A stretch of DNA of 64,000 bases from Chrysomallon squamiferum (Eukaryota; Animalia; Mollusca). The translations under genes and the position numbers were made by a program. Positions 1-14,638 of the stretch are shown piece by piece. The stretch covers positions 12,896,001 to 12,960,000 of the forward strand of contig CM022665.1 in the NCBI GenBank assembly GCA_012295275.1, in the 5' to 3' direction. Under the pieces are notes generated by a model, which was not told the DNA's origin, did not search any database, and worked only from the letters and a program-made list of their open reading frames with translations. Numbering within the stretch: position 1 is the stretch's first letter; each line of letters starts with the position of its first letter.

Positions 1-1603
1 TTAGATATTTTATACATCACAGCGTGGATGTTAATTTTTCATTATCTTATAAACTGATCTTTACAGTTTACTGTTTTATTAGTTATGATTTCTTAATTAA
101 ATCAGATCAAATATATATTTATATAGCAATGCTGGTCTAAATCCAAGCAGTAGAATAGCAGTTTGGTCATTTCATCAAAAAACAATAATAAATGCAAAGA
201 ATACACCTTAAAATTAACTGAGGAACATGTTACACACACACACACATATGATCTGAAGGAAAGTGAAATATATCAGTATTATTTAATTTTAATTTTTATT
301 CATGGAGAGTGGTGCTAATGTTTTTTTTTTCAAATTTTTTTTTTTTCCATTTTAAAAGCTACACTATTTAGTTTATTAATATAAAATAATTACACTTACT
401 TTTCTATCAAAGAAAAATTCTTTTCATTTGTTTAGAAGCCTGAAATTGAGTGTCAAATGTCTTTTCTGGCACGGTGCTCTAGGAAATCTGGAAGTAAAAA
501 AGAATAATTAAAAATAAATGATATTGTTCTCAACAGGGTGGTCTCAAAATGATATTTTAAGTTTTTGTTGTCAGAAAAAGTGTTATCAGCCTGCCATATC
601 ACAAGTCCAGTGGTGAAATGACAAAACAATTGTATTTGAACATTTTCTATCTGCATTATTTTATTATCATACTTTGATATGAAAGATAATAGGTTACCCA
701 ACATGTAAAATAACTTGGAAACAAAAAGCATTCTGTTTTAGACTATTCATACTGACACAAGTACACTTTAAAATACATGTATTAAATATTAATGGTTATT
801 AATCAATAATGATGATAATGATGATAATAATAATAATAATAATGGAAAGCAGACACTTCAGCCTTTGATAAACCAGACAGAAACTGAAATATATAATAGT
901 GTAAAGCAACACTACATTAACGAGAAATGACCCAGCAAACATATTCAGCACTGTTAACATGAAAACAGCTTCCACTGTATGTTTGTGGCAGATATTTTCA
1001 ATGAATTTAATACTATTTTATTTGTTCTTTTTTTTAAAATGTTAGGTATCAAGTAAATATATAATCTGTAATGACAGAAAAATCATTGAACTGAAACATT
1101 TAAAAAAACAAAACAAAAACAACAACAACAACAACACACACACCTTAAAAGGATTTTGAATTACTGTGGATTGCTGCATCAACAATTAGTCACATTTAGC
1201 AATCACTACATTTTACCTTTGTCATTAAACATCTATTTTATGTCCACTTTTAGCAGCTGTATTTAAAAATTGATATGGATATACACATAAATACCAGTGA
1301 TGGAAATTAATGGTAATGTTGATTCCGTATAATATATATCTATCTACCTATATATGTTAAACAGAAAAGAATAATTTAATTAAAAATTAAAAGCATCCCA
1401 ATGCTAATATCTGTTTTTGACATGGTTTTCAGAGGGAGAATTAAAAGCAAAATTTAGATTTATTATTTAAACCTTATATAAAGAAAGTTAAAAGGACATC
1501 TGTTCTATATTCTACAGATTGCTTATAAAATATTAAAGCTTCTATTACATATATTTTTCAACTGACAAATATGGCTTGATAAATAAAATCAATATATCTA
1601 AAT

Positions 1604-1738
1604 GTAAATAAAATCTACAAAGGCCTTACCAACTGTAAATACAAACAGCAAAGGCCTATCCCAAAGTATATAGCATCTGCACAGACCTATACTGAAGTAA
1701 ATAAAATCAGTACAGGCCTATTCAGTTGTAGATAAAAC
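1604..1738. repeat. Degenerate ~31-bp minisatellite, about 4 copies
   Basis: Units resembling taaataaaatc..caaaggccta....aag recur at ~31-bp spacing. Confidence 0.6.
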
Positions 1739-3379
1739 TGATGAAAGTAGTAAAATAATAATTAAAAAAATATAATAATAAAAATTAAATGCTAACAATC
1801 TGTGAAGCTTTACTAATACACAACTTGTAACCATCACAACAATCAAAGGTTTTCTTTTTTAACTGACAAAGAACAATAACAGCACAGCAGACACAACTGG
1901 GCAGTATAATAATCAATATATGTGATGTGGATCTAATATGTTTTCCAGCTACCTGAGCATCTCTTTTTATTCTTGTACAAAATAATCAATCCAATGATAT
2001 ATATATATAAAAGTAAATACATTTTTTCACAACCGACAATAAAATGCCATCCATATATTCACAACAGTAAAGTAATAAGACAGTGAGGAAAAAAAAAACC
2101 AAACACACGCATATATATACATATATAAACCAGGAAAAAAAAAAAAAAAAAAACGTAATTAGTTTGGTAAAACACATAACTCAGTATATATTCATATTTA
2201 GATGATTTAACAATTTCATATCCCCAGTACAAACAGTATTTATCTGTGCAAGTTCTTATTTCAAATATATATTTTCAAATATATATTTTAAAGAAATGTT
2301 TGGCAGTTTTATTTCCCTAACTCCTTCACAAATACTTAAAAATTCAATAAAATATGGTAAATGTAAAAAAAAAAAAAAAAAACAACCACCACCAAACATT
2401 TAATATTTATTCAGTATGTAATAGTTTTGATACCCAACTATTAACCTCAGTAATTCAGATACCAGATCAAATTTTTACAATTATTAACAATAAACCATAT
2501 ATACTGTCCTTATAAAAAGTAATCTAACAAAGAAATTAATAACTACTAACCTGTTAGAGAAAGGGGGGAAAAAACAACAACACACAAAACAATATAGAAA
2601 TTGTGAAAATGATAAAATGTTACAACTTTTAATATTTTTTTACATTAAGTAAACAATGAAGTTTCAAATCTGAACTCTACTTACAAGTCAGGTTTTCTTT
2701 ATCAAATTTAGTAAATCCGTTTGTGTTACAGCTGGTTATTTTCTTGTAAGATGTATAGTTTCTATCAAATTACGATTTACAAGGTATGACTTGTACAAGA
2801 ATGAAATCTACTGCTTCCAATAAGGTGAGCCACAATGAAGCTAATGAACTGATTTGCTTGTCATTATCAATTTAATCGAGAAGGAGATCAATAAATGATA
2901 TATTAACACTGTATGACATACAAGATTGCTACATGCCATATTGCACTGATGAAACAAAAAAAAAAGAAAAGAAAGTCTCAACATACTTTTAAGAGCACAG
3001 TGAAATTAATCAGGGTCAAACTCTTGAATTAATGATGTGTTATAGATTTTTGGAGTATTCTATTTTTTTATCTTTTCTAATTGAATGCAGTCCTAAAACA
3101 TTTGCCTCTGTATGTCAAAATGTATTAAATCACTGTTGCACAACTCAACAAATAATTCTGTGAATTATATTTTGTTTTTGTCCCCTGATCTATTTCTTGT
3201 TCCAATAGGTACTGGTATGTACTGTCCTGTCTGTGAGGAAGTGTACATAAACAACCCTTTTGTACATTATTAAAAAAAAAGAAAAAAAAAAAAAAGAATG
3301 TTTCTTTTGAAGAATGTATCACAATTACCACTGAAAAGAAAATTTAGTTAGTGTGTTTTGCTGGTGTCATTAAATACAA

Positions 3380-3395
3380 TATATATGTGTGTATA

Positions 3396-3472
<77 letters not shown>

Positions 3473-3512
3473 ATATATGTATATGTATATGTATATATAC
3501 ATATATATATAT
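3380..3512. repeat. (TATATG)n/(TA)n microsatellite
   Basis: Read directly from the sequence. Confidence 0.9.
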
Positions 3513-5547
3513 AGTTTAATATTAATCTGATCACATCAAGATATTATACTATATTAAATATTTTTAGAAGGATATATGCATGCACATACACACAGTTCTA
3601 TGATATCTAACAAATACAAAGGCATTTTACTGCTGTTAAAAATATACATTATCACATCAAATATTTCTATAAAGTGTACAAAAAGGTTAGTGTTAACAGA
3701 AAAGCTGTTCAACAAATGACAGGCATATTGTTTACTTTCCTTATAGAAACAGTCACTACTCAACAAATGATTAATTAGTTTTTGTTTTTTATGACTGTAA
3801 GGTCAATATTTGTCTATCCTTTATATTTGGTTCGGAACAATAACTTTCACCAGCTTTATAAGATAAGGTGTTCCTGAAATAACAGACTGTCAATTTTGTG
3901 TTCAGACTGTACACCTGAAATACTGTCAACATTTTCCCAAACTACTTTCTGCTTTGTTATTTTTTAAATTTTTTCTTTTACAGTGATGACAAATCCAATA
4001 CATTTTCAAAATGAAATAATAACTATTTATTTTTTTAATTTAAATTTGAAACAGTACAGGTTGGAAATATTTATTGAATTGATAAAATAATATGTACAGA
4101 TACTTTAATAATCAGTAGTAGTCCACAGATAAGATATTACTATAAAAATGCAATTCATATTTGAAATTATATGTTTTGTCCACATTTTGTAAGAATACAT
4201 TTTCAGTAACATAATGCTCCCATGTTTTGGTTTTATTAGTAATATTTGGTTGTTAATGCTTTTGCCTGAGGTTTCAGTTTGTAATATCAGAATCTGAAAT
4301 TATGAATCAAGATTAATATGCTAAAATAATGCTGCCTTAAACTTAGTAATTAACTTGTATTAAGTAATGTCAGTTTCACTGTAACAGTGACAGCATGAGT
4401 GAATGTTGGTTATACAACAATTATAACTGATACATATCTCATATTTTTAAATGCTTAAAATATTATATAATTTAAAAATAAAAAGCTTAAAAGTCATATT
4501 TAAAACAAACAAATTTATTGTTATGATGCAACTGTTCAAAAATAACACAGAAATATTGAACTTTCCCTACATATTTCAATACTGTACATAAAGGTTGATA
4601 TTCAATATTAATTTCAAAATTCCACAACTTTTCCTCATCTTAGCTTCAGTTTTCCCCTACTGAATGAATGCACTGAAACAACCATTATTATCTTTATGTC
4701 ATTACAGCTGTTTCTTAATTGCCACAAAATATTTCCATGAAAGAAAAAGCAGGTACTATTTGAAAAGGGTGTACTCTGCTGCATCATGCAATTTGTGAAA
4801 AGCACACATTCAAGCCGACTTGATTCAGCTAGTGTTATAAAAACTGAATAGCCACCAAAACCAGATTGTAATTTAAACTACTTTTTTCTTCTCATACATG
4901 TTTTCTGCCCTCACTTGTCCTGTTTTTATTTTTCTCTGGAAGATACATTTATATATTTTTCTCTTTTATTAATCACCACATTTGTGTGAAGCCTTGCATA
5001 ATGTCATGCAACTTCAAAACATTCCAATAAGTTTTTAATAATTAAGTTTATAACACTGTATGTGTGGAATTATTATTTTGAAATAAGCAAATGTTATATT
5101 CAAAACAAACAAATTCATTGTTTAAAATATATATTTTATAAATCAACTGAAATAGTTTACAGGAATAGCACATTTTTATATTTCATTTTTTTTTTTTTTT
5201 GGTATTAGCTGAAAACAGGATATTCAAGTTGTTAAGGTCCAGTAGTACATGATAGAAACATTCGAAATAACAAATAATTTCATAGAACTCTATGAGCACA
5301 GAGCTACAGGATCTGTGTCTGCTCTGAAATGATTGCCAAAGAAACTGTTTAATCAAGAAATAAAATAAACAGAAGCTTCTGATTTTTGTATCCATGATGG
5401 GACCAGCACTGCACTGTTGTAAATGGCAATATAAAAAAAAAAAAAAAAAATTTGTAAAATAAATTATCATATATTATGAACTATTACATTTTAAAGATTG
5501 TATTGCTTTAAAAAAAATAAAAATAAAAATATATATATATATATATA

Positions 5548-6199
5548 TAGTGGTAACTTAACTAACAAATTAAATTTCGTTCTGTGGCTGAGCTCACAAG
5601 TCTAGTTGCTTGTATATCAAATCAATTTTTCCAACTGAAATACCATTAATCAGTTCCAGCCCCTAAAAAACCACCCCAGTTTTTTGTAATGTGTTTTTAA
5701 ATAAGAAAAATGTATTTATAAATGACAAATATTGTATAAAAACAAAATAAAAGTGGTTTTGTAAAGTGTACAGGGTTAGGGTTTCATGGACAGAGATCTG
5801 CAGCTTAGAAATTATTTTAATGCCTTTGGCTAGAGTTATGGCCTTAATTGACTCATTCTGCTTCAGTATGGTACGTATCGTTGACATACTACGCTTGTAC
5901 TGCATAGCCAAGTACTACACATACCTTGCTCATGTTTTCTATGATTTCATGCTTTAATTCAATGGACATCATCTGCTTCCAGAGATGCTTCCACGGTGAG
6001 GTAAACCAAGTAAATGAATGAGACGCGGGATGCTGGGTGGATGTTGTGTTGTTTGTTGCGCCAACTAGCAGCAGCATATCTGAAGCTTGCTTGTAACTTG
6101 GATTTTGGCTCACAACTCAAAGCACAAAATTGACTGGTTGACTGCTCGTAACTCAGAAAACGTGTCCGTTGGTGCACTTGTAAGTCAAGGAACCACTTT
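5548..6199 (-). mobile_element. Internally deleted Tigger/pogo-type DNA transposon (non-autonomous)
   Basis: Degenerate terminal inverted repeats (tagtggtaacttaactaac ... taagtcaaggaaccact) in TA context. Minus-strand remnants KQMMSIELKHEIIE and QYKRSMSTIRTILKQNESIKAITLAKGIKIISKL match the CENP-B-type N-terminal HTH of Tigger transposases. Same family as 59655-59795 and 62435-63148. Confidence 0.85.
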
Positions 6200-7379
6200 A
6201 TTTATAAATTTATTTTTATTTATTTATTCACATTTATTTTTCGGAAAGTCACATTTTTTTTATGATGGAGTTAAAAAAAAAAAAGGAATAATAATACAAA
6301 ATATATATATGTCTGATGATCAGTGGTAATGTTTCTATTACACCTGCATACAATTATAATAACCAATCTTTCAGTACCAGTCTAATGTCAACAAGTTGGA
6401 ATAAGTTGAATTTTATTACTGCCAGTACCAGAGTGTACAATGTTTGTTTTGATGGTTTTTAAGTGTTTCATATCCCTAACAATCCATATAATGGTGAGGC
6501 AGCCATTTTTTATTCCTCAAATAGCATGTGCAGAGGAAATAGCTGCCAGGGCTTCAATTTAAAAAATGAATAGAAGAAAAAGAAAATAGAAATAATTTAT
6601 TTTAATGAATTGTCATGAAGGACAATGCAGACTTTCATTTATTTTATTTAACAAATTACAATGTGTAGTCTCACTCAATATTAAAGCAAACATAGAATTA
6701 AAAAAAAAAGAAAAAAAAAAGGTTTAATCTGTGACAACTGCATTTTATTTCTAGGACATATAAACTGAATTCATTTTATAAACCATCATTTTAAAATATG
6801 TTTTAATGCTATTCATTAAAGGCTCTTCTTTCGTAAAACAAAATATAATCCATACATTGAACTTCATGCATCAGCAGGCTTGTTAAAACCTTGGATGGAA
6901 ATATAAGAAAATATGAATGAAAGCTTCCTAACTCTGCTTTGGGAGTTTTTATTATTATTATTATTTTTTTTTTTTTTTTTTTTTTATTATTATATATATA
7001 TAGTTGTTGTGTTTTTTTTTTTAATACAATACTTTAAATGACAGTAATGTAATAGTAAAATATCCACAAAATTTTTAGCTTTTGTCTTTTTATTAGTATT
7101 TTTTATAATTTAAAGTAATGGTTAAAATGTTTTAAAAATATCTATAATAATAATCTAAAGCTGTAAAGTGCAATGGTTGAATATAATGATAACCTTATGA
7201 TTAAATTTAAAGTTTATTAAATAATAATTATTGTAGATCAAATATTCTGATAAAAATAAATAATCTTTATAAATTAACTAAATAATAATTGTATTTCAAT
7301 TATGTTTTGTATTTGGAACATAAATCGAAATAGTAACGTAAAAAACAAAACAAATTCAAGCAATTCATAAAGGCAAAAA

Positions 7380-7710
7380 TCGGTTAACAATCGGAAGTGA
7401 TCATACACGATAGAGCGTGCATAACGACAAGAATGAACTCGATTCCGGCAACGTATATTAAGTTTATACAGTGTAAAACAGATAATTACATGGCATACAG
7501 ATCAGCAAAAATATCTACTAAATACTACAGTTCATGTTCATGACCCAATTTTTGTTTCTGATTTACATTACCTGCAGCAGTAGAATCAACTGAAAACAAA
7601 CAAAGTATGTACAACAACAAAAGAAGTCCGCGGCGATGTTATTTGTATATTTTGATTGGATAAAAATTGGCTCTAAGCGACTTCGCCACCTGGCGACAAT
7701 GCCATTCAAG
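7380..7710. promoter_or_regulatory. CpG-rich promoter-like patch
   Basis: Local CpG retention in CpG-poor DNA, ETS-type CGGAAGTG near 7392, and CGCCACCTGGCG near 7684, upstream of the minus-strand donor at 7572. Confidence 0.45.
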
Positions 7711-8339
7711 TTATACTCAACAATAAAATAAAAGCTACATTTAAACAAAACAAAACAACAAAAAATGAAAGCTAAAACAGTGCTAACTGATTACCTTTGA
7801 TGTGCCTAAATTATTTTAATGGAAGTTAAAGTGCATTAAATCTGTATATGGTACAGATTTTGTTAATCATCATTATTATAATTTACAGACTATTATATTT
7901 GTAACATTCAGATAACGTGCACTCTGGTATTAATTAATAAATAAAAACATAACGATGCCTTTATAGAGCAAAAGTAAGTATAAAAATTAATAATAATAAA
8001 ATAAATAAATAAACAGAAAATACAATATTAAAAAATACAATAATAAAAAAAAAATTAATGAATGGATGAATGGATAAATGAATAAATAAATAATTAGAAA
8101 ACCACTTTTGGGGACCATGTTTCAAACTATGTCATCATTGATGCATCAAATGGGCCATTTTTATGACTAATGTATCAAAACTCTATGCTTTCCTAGCTAT
8201 GGTGAAATAATTATAAAATATTCTCATAATCATTAAAAGTAATTAACTTTATAAAAACACTCAAGACATTTCTTTATTATTACAAAAACTATTTAATAGT
8301 AGCTAATATAATGTATTGGAACATCATCAAATCTTCAGG

Positions 8340-8375
<36 letters not shown>

Positions 8376-8429
8376 ATATGCACTACTGAATACTTTTAAT
8401 TAATTATATATTAAAATTATCTTTCCAAC

Positions 8430-8463
<34 letters not shown>

Positions 8464-8858
8464 CAGTATTGAATTATATTCTTTTGGCAGATAAATTAAA
8501 TATTTTTAAAAATCCTGCCTCTCAATATCTTGATTTTTATTTTGTTAAATTTTAACATTTGGAATTTTTTGGCTAAAACTCAGACTGAAGACAGAATGTG
8601 ATAAAGATTGATGCTCAGAAAAAAAATGAACAATGATGAAAAGAGAAAAGTAATCAAAGGTTCAATAACAATTTTTCAATTTTATTATTATTATTATTTT
8701 GTTGTTGTTGTTGATAAATACAAATAAAAACAGTATTGGCTATTGAAAACTTTTAATAACAACAAATTAAATAATACATAAATTGTATGTCATGAGCATA
8801 ATTTAATGACTGCATAACAATAATTCAGAAAAAAAAAGAAAAGAAGAAGAAACTGAAA

Positions 8859-8956
<98 letters not shown>

Positions 8957-10751
8957 CTGCAATAAAATACACATGGAAGAACTATTCTTTTTCCAATTTC
9001 TTATAAAATAATAAACCACAACAGTTTGCTTTTGCTATAGACATTAAAACTAAAAGTAATTTACTCAACTCTAAACTTCCTAGCTTTCTTCTTTCTGTTT
9101 TTCTCTTCTTTTTTTTTAAATACATTTTTGTTTCACTATATTGTAGGCTGTATATAATACAGAGAACAAAAAAAGTTATGTATACAACTCAGTTTTGGTT
9201 TTTTCTTCTCTGTTTATTATTATTTCTAATAATAATTAAATTCAAAACTTTTTCAAATATTTCATAATTAATATTAATACAACAGTATATTATGGATAAT
9301 TAATACTTTGCTTTTAAAAAAGTGTATCTCATTATTAAGATAAAAAAGAATAATAATAATAAATAAAATAAATATGACAAATAAAAATAGAAGAAAAAAA
9401 GAAAGAAATGATTTTGGAATGAAAAAGAAAAAAAATTTGTAATAATAATGTGATCATTGTGATCAATATGATCAAAGTATTAAAGTAACACAGAATATTT
9501 GTTGTCAAGTAAGTGCACAATACTAACATGCATAATAATACATAAATGTTTAAATACTAAATAAATTAACAACAATTATTATAACTGACAACAAACAAAA
9601 TTCTACATCTAAAAATAAATGTTTTTACTGAACAAAATATATATGTATATATTTTTTGTTTGTTTATACTTAGAAGGGAAATAACTCTATTTTAATCAAT
9701 ATGAGTACCAATTTAAGCATACAAGAAGACTATTATTTAAACAAAATGAAAACAAGAATGTGTTTTTCCTAAAAAAAAAATTGCGTTTCCTTTTGTTTTT
9801 TTAAGGAATCCACATTAAAAGATATGTGGGACACAACAAAAAAAACCTACAAGCTTTAGATTTCCTAGAATTTAGAACCAATTTTTTGTTGAAAGTTGCA
9901 ACTCAACAAAGGCATATATATTTTATATATACACATAAATATATTAAAACCTTCAGAGAAATTAACCAATGTTTTATTATTGTTATATAAGTTCATAATA
10001 TTCAGTGAGTAGACTCATATAACTTGACAGTCTGATTATACTTTTATTGTGACACTATAAATATAAAATCACATGACAAGTTTAGGAGTGGCAAAATTTC
10101 AGACAACCTATTGTTTCTAAAATAAATACATACATATATACATATATATGTATGTATTTTAGAAACAGTATTCTGTAAAGAATATGACATTTTGTATTTC
10201 TTAATTAGTTGTTCAGTCAGAAATTACAAGAACAGAAACTGTTTTCAAACAGTTTGCATGTCACTATCTAACTGGTCCACACCTACCACAGCCAACTGAG
10301 CCAGATCAAATTTAAAATGAGAACATAAATAACAGTCTTGGGTGACAACACATATATAATAATTTCATTGTTTGCAATGCTATTCTTCTATGAGGCAAAC
10401 TTTGTCTCATGTGTGAAGCCTCAAGTATATAACAATATTATTTTTAATTTAAAGCAAAATAAATAATATGTAAATTAAATGGGAAAAGATACCATGAGAA
10501 ATATTTTGGAGGAGGATACTAACTGAAACAGTTCCTTGACTTGACTGTATCTGAGCACTGTTTATATAGATAATGTATATCTATATAATTAAAAAACAAG
10601 GCACTTCCATCAAGTAAGTCAACATTCTGAATACCAAAAATAAAACATTTCCTGCAATTACCACATGCACTGAACTTAGAAAATTTCAATTCATGGATTA
10701 TGTCTTGTTGAATGTTACTGAAGAACATTATAATAGTTTTCAAAAATGAAA

Positions 10752-13700
10752 TTAAAAATCATTGGGGTCTTCTGTTCGACTGCTTTTTCCTCCATATCCT
10801 TGATTACCGCTCCATGATACCTTTAAATTTACATCTGAATTTGACTTGGAATAGTCAGTGTAGCTAAATCCTTTCCTGTTATTCCATGCTGGATAGTTAG
10901 CTGTAACGGCAAAACAGAAAAAGAAGAAGACAAAATTATGAATAGGGAAACAGAATTTTTAATATAATATGTAGTAAAAAGTAGGATATAAAAAGAACAA
11001 AAATTACAAGTAATGAAATAAACGATAACCTAGAGAATATAAATTTACACACAAGTAATATGAAAAAAAGATTTGTGTGTGTGTGTGTATATATATTATC
11101 ACCATCCTGCCACTAGACAAAACAGCAAATTATGAATCACATAAACAGAACATCTTTATTGGAAAACCTATTTCTGATATAAAATTATGCTGTGTAGTTC
11201 TTTTTTCACTCTTTACAAGTATTGATTTGTACTGAGATAAGAGGATCAAAAAGGATTAAATGTGTGTTTCTGAAAAGTTAAGTATTATCTGTTAATGTGG
11301 TATAGGTAAAACAGCAAAAGATGAAAATAATACTAATTTACTTATGACCATGTCAAATTCTTTTATTGTTGTTACTTACATGTTGAGGATCCAGAGTTCT
11401 GACTTACAGACATTGATGTATTATCTGAAATAAAATTAATTATTGCAATGATAATACATTACATTTTTTGTATAAAGCATCAAAGAAGCATACATTTACT
11501 CACACATGTATGCATATAATGTATTTAAATTTCTCCCAAAAGGCCTTAAAGCATTGAATGATAAAGTTATATTTAAAGAACCCCTGAATAAAGTAATATA
11601 AATAGCTTAATAACCAAAGTGAATTATTAATATAGTTACACATAACTTTTATCAATTTCAAAAGGTAACAGAAAAGTTTTCCTGCTTTTAGAACTAATTA
11701 CATACATTTTTTTTTTTTTTTTTAAAGTTGTATAATGTGTGATAAATATGTTTACACTGACCTTTTATACCACCATGACGAGAGTAGTAATTCTTGTTTG
11801 CATTCAATGTTAGTCTGTCATGTTGAGAATTTCCCACCACCACATTTCGTTTGATGCTCCAAACACTGTCCAAGTCAATAGCTGGCTCTGTAACATGTTT
11901 AATACAAATATTTCACTAGAATTTAAAAATATTTCAGATAGAGAAAAAAAACCCAAAAAACAATTTGGTTTCTTTAAGACTGAAAAAAGGACAAAGAGAC
12001 AAATAATTAGTTTTCATTCTTTACTTTTGGATTAACAATACCTTTTTCACATTATAACAAAGTCCAGGATTAAGCAAAAAAAAAAAAAAAAAAAAAAATC
12101 CTCTAACACACAGTCTCATAGAAATAAATACAGACATAAACAAATACAAATACACTAACCTTCCCAGGATAAAAAAAGACACAAAAACAAACAAACAAAA
12201 AAAGACCACCAACAAACCATAATTTTTTTTAAAAATTTAAAAATAAAAATAAAAATTAAACGTACATATAAAGTAAAAACAAACAAAAACCCCACAAAAA
12301 ACCCCAACAACAAACAAAACATAAATAATAATAAAATTCAATGAGAATTAAATGTCACTCAAAGAATAAAAAGGGCTAACTTTTACATATTATTATAATA
12401 AATAGTTTATTCATTTTTTTTAAATTTATATTATAAATGTGTCTATGATGCAGTGTGTGAAGAAGAAGATGATGAAAAAAGATTATTAGCAAATTTAAAT
12501 TTAATCTTTAGAGATCTTTTACATTTAATGTATAATGGCAGATATTTTGTCACATTATTTTACATTAAAATGCCTTTTATAAAAGCTATTAATTTAATGA
12601 ATCTGTTTACTTATCTAAATGATAACCTTCCATAGAATCCATTATAATTCATTATAATGAAATTTTATGCAATACCTTTTATTTTGATTTTTAAAATCTT
12701 AAAATTATTTTTTTACCATCATATTAAGTTTAACAGTAGAAAGAAAAAACACAATAGTCTGTTGTTGCTAAATGTGTGTGATTTGCTGCCATTAGTATGT
12801 AGGCTGACAATGTGTACAAAGTGCTTTTCAGCAAATTTAGATCTCTTCATTAGCAAATAATAATGGGCCATTAATAATATATTATTACATATCGATAAAC
12901 AAAGGATAACAATAAACTGACCCTCTCAAGCCAGTACATCATGCAGACTATCACACAAATCAATATTACAGGTACTGCAGAAGATATTCCCATGGCAACT
13001 ATATCTTACAGTTTACATGAAGAAATTTTGCTGTTTTTTTTCTTCACAAGTGTAAATGGATGTAAATAATTTTGATATAATGTTATTAATAACATACACT
13101 TAATAAATAATTTGGTTTCTTCAGGCATTACAAATATAAGTAATCTGTTGAAATAACCACAAACACAGAACCAATAATTACAAATTTGAATTTTCCTTCT
13201 TAAAATTAAGAATCATTTTGTACCTTGATTTTAGTATTTCAAGGCCTAAAAAGAACAGGAAGGATTATAAAAATAGCTTTACTACATATACAACTGAACT
13301 GTCATATGGATACATGCAATCAGTTATGAAATGGAAAATACATTTAATCAAAACTACAACATGTGATATTTTCTTAACAAACTTTCTTAATAGACAACTC
13401 ACTCTGAAATGGAGGGGTTCCAGAACGAGGAATGAATTGCCATTTATCATTTTCAGTTTCTTTACTCTTTGGTCCTGCATATAAGAACTTCTTCTTGCTA
13501 CCTGAAATGATTAATTTATAAGATACAAAATAATAATAAGAACAACAACAACAACAATAATAATGCCACCTGCCTTATTATGAAAAACAAGCCAGAACTA
13601 ATAAGACTATAACATTTGATGTTTAAATACTTCTAAAACAAAAACTGAAATTCAATTTCTATTTGAGAATGAATAATTCCAAATTAATTTTTAAAAATTA

Positions 13701-14638
13701 ATGAAATAATTTACATATTTATGAATTTCCAGAAAGGGTGGATATGTTTGTATACAATATATGAACAAACAAAAATTCATAAGGTTTACATATATATCCA
13801 GTAACTCACCATATATAAAAAATAATTTAGTTATATTTATTATACTAATTTATTTTCATTAAATTATTGCCAGTTTGTATTTTTATTAGGTACCTGAAGT
13901 CAGCTGCCACCTTATAACATAATAAAATGTATTTGTAATAAGATATGTACATTGTGAAAAGTACATTTTGGCACACTGACATATAAAGCTGAGGTGGCAA
14001 TATAATTTCACATCTCACTGAACTTCAGTTATGATTCATATTAACCAAGTATATATAATGTTTAGGACATATATACCCACAGGTACACATTACCAGACAT
14101 TTCCCTCCTTCCAAATTTACACTTTAAACTTGTTTGTTTTTATTTTTATAATTTCAAAAATATTTATATAGAGATCAAAGAAAACAAAACTTGATTATAA
14201 GTGAATATTCAGATACTATTACCAGGTTCCAGGTATCAGATTTGTTTGCATATGTATTTATGTTTCGTACAGTGATATTAATTTTTCTTTTAATTTTTTT
14301 TTTTTTTTATATAGTTGACTGAGCTAGAAAATATCTTTATATAAAGGTTAAAAATAAGCTCTGATCTAAATGTATAATCCAGTGTACATGATTAAATACC
14401 AGTATACTCTTTTCTAAAATATTTATATAATGTGCTAAAGTATACATATGTTTTTAATTAAAAGCAAAATCTAGGATAAAACTATATAATTTAAATCATA
14501 TTAAAACATTATGATCTTTGATGTAAATATCTAAATAAATATGGTTACATATAGCTTTTATAATATTTATCATAAAAACAAAATCAAAAGCAAACAATTA
14601 TATTTAAATTTAATAATGTCAAACGTACCTTGATCCAT
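10752..14638 (-). CDS. Uncharacterised 142-aa protein, 5 coding exons
   Basis: Exons 14629-14638, 13403-13501, 11762-11887, 11380-11424 and 10752-10900 have GT-AG boundaries and phase-1 junctions. They join into one open 429-nt frame: MDQGSKKKFLYAGPKSKETENDKWQFIPRSGTPPFQKPAIDLDSVWSIKRNVVVGNSQHDRLTLNANKNYYSRHGGIKDNTSMSVSQNSGSSTSNYPAWNNRKGFSYTDYSKSNSDVNLKVSWSGNQGYGGKSSRTEDPNDF*. The 5'UTR runs to 14811 plus an upstream exon ending at 17881 (AAAG|gtaaga). Confidence 0.8.

Larger units (their letters stand above)
400..7660 (-). other. Probable 5' non-coding exons of a gene continuing off the left edge
   Basis: Minus-strand donor CTGCAG|gtaatg at 7572 lies beside a CpG-rich patch (about 7380-7710). 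An 88-nt candidate exon at 400-487 has a ttccag acceptor and gtaagt donor. The DNA between is CpG-depleted like a methylated gene body. No CDS is visible in the window. Confidence 0.4.

Noticed and set aside
8790-9019. Poly-Tyr/poly-Ile ORFs and the many similar low-complexity ORFs (e.g. 22864-23169, 52925-53186, 63204-63546)
   Set aside because: Translations of microsatellites and A/T tracts.
13265-13480. ORF MQDQRVKKLKMING... as the coding frame of this exon
   Set aside because: After splicing it stops within the next exon, whereas the other frame stays open through all five exons.
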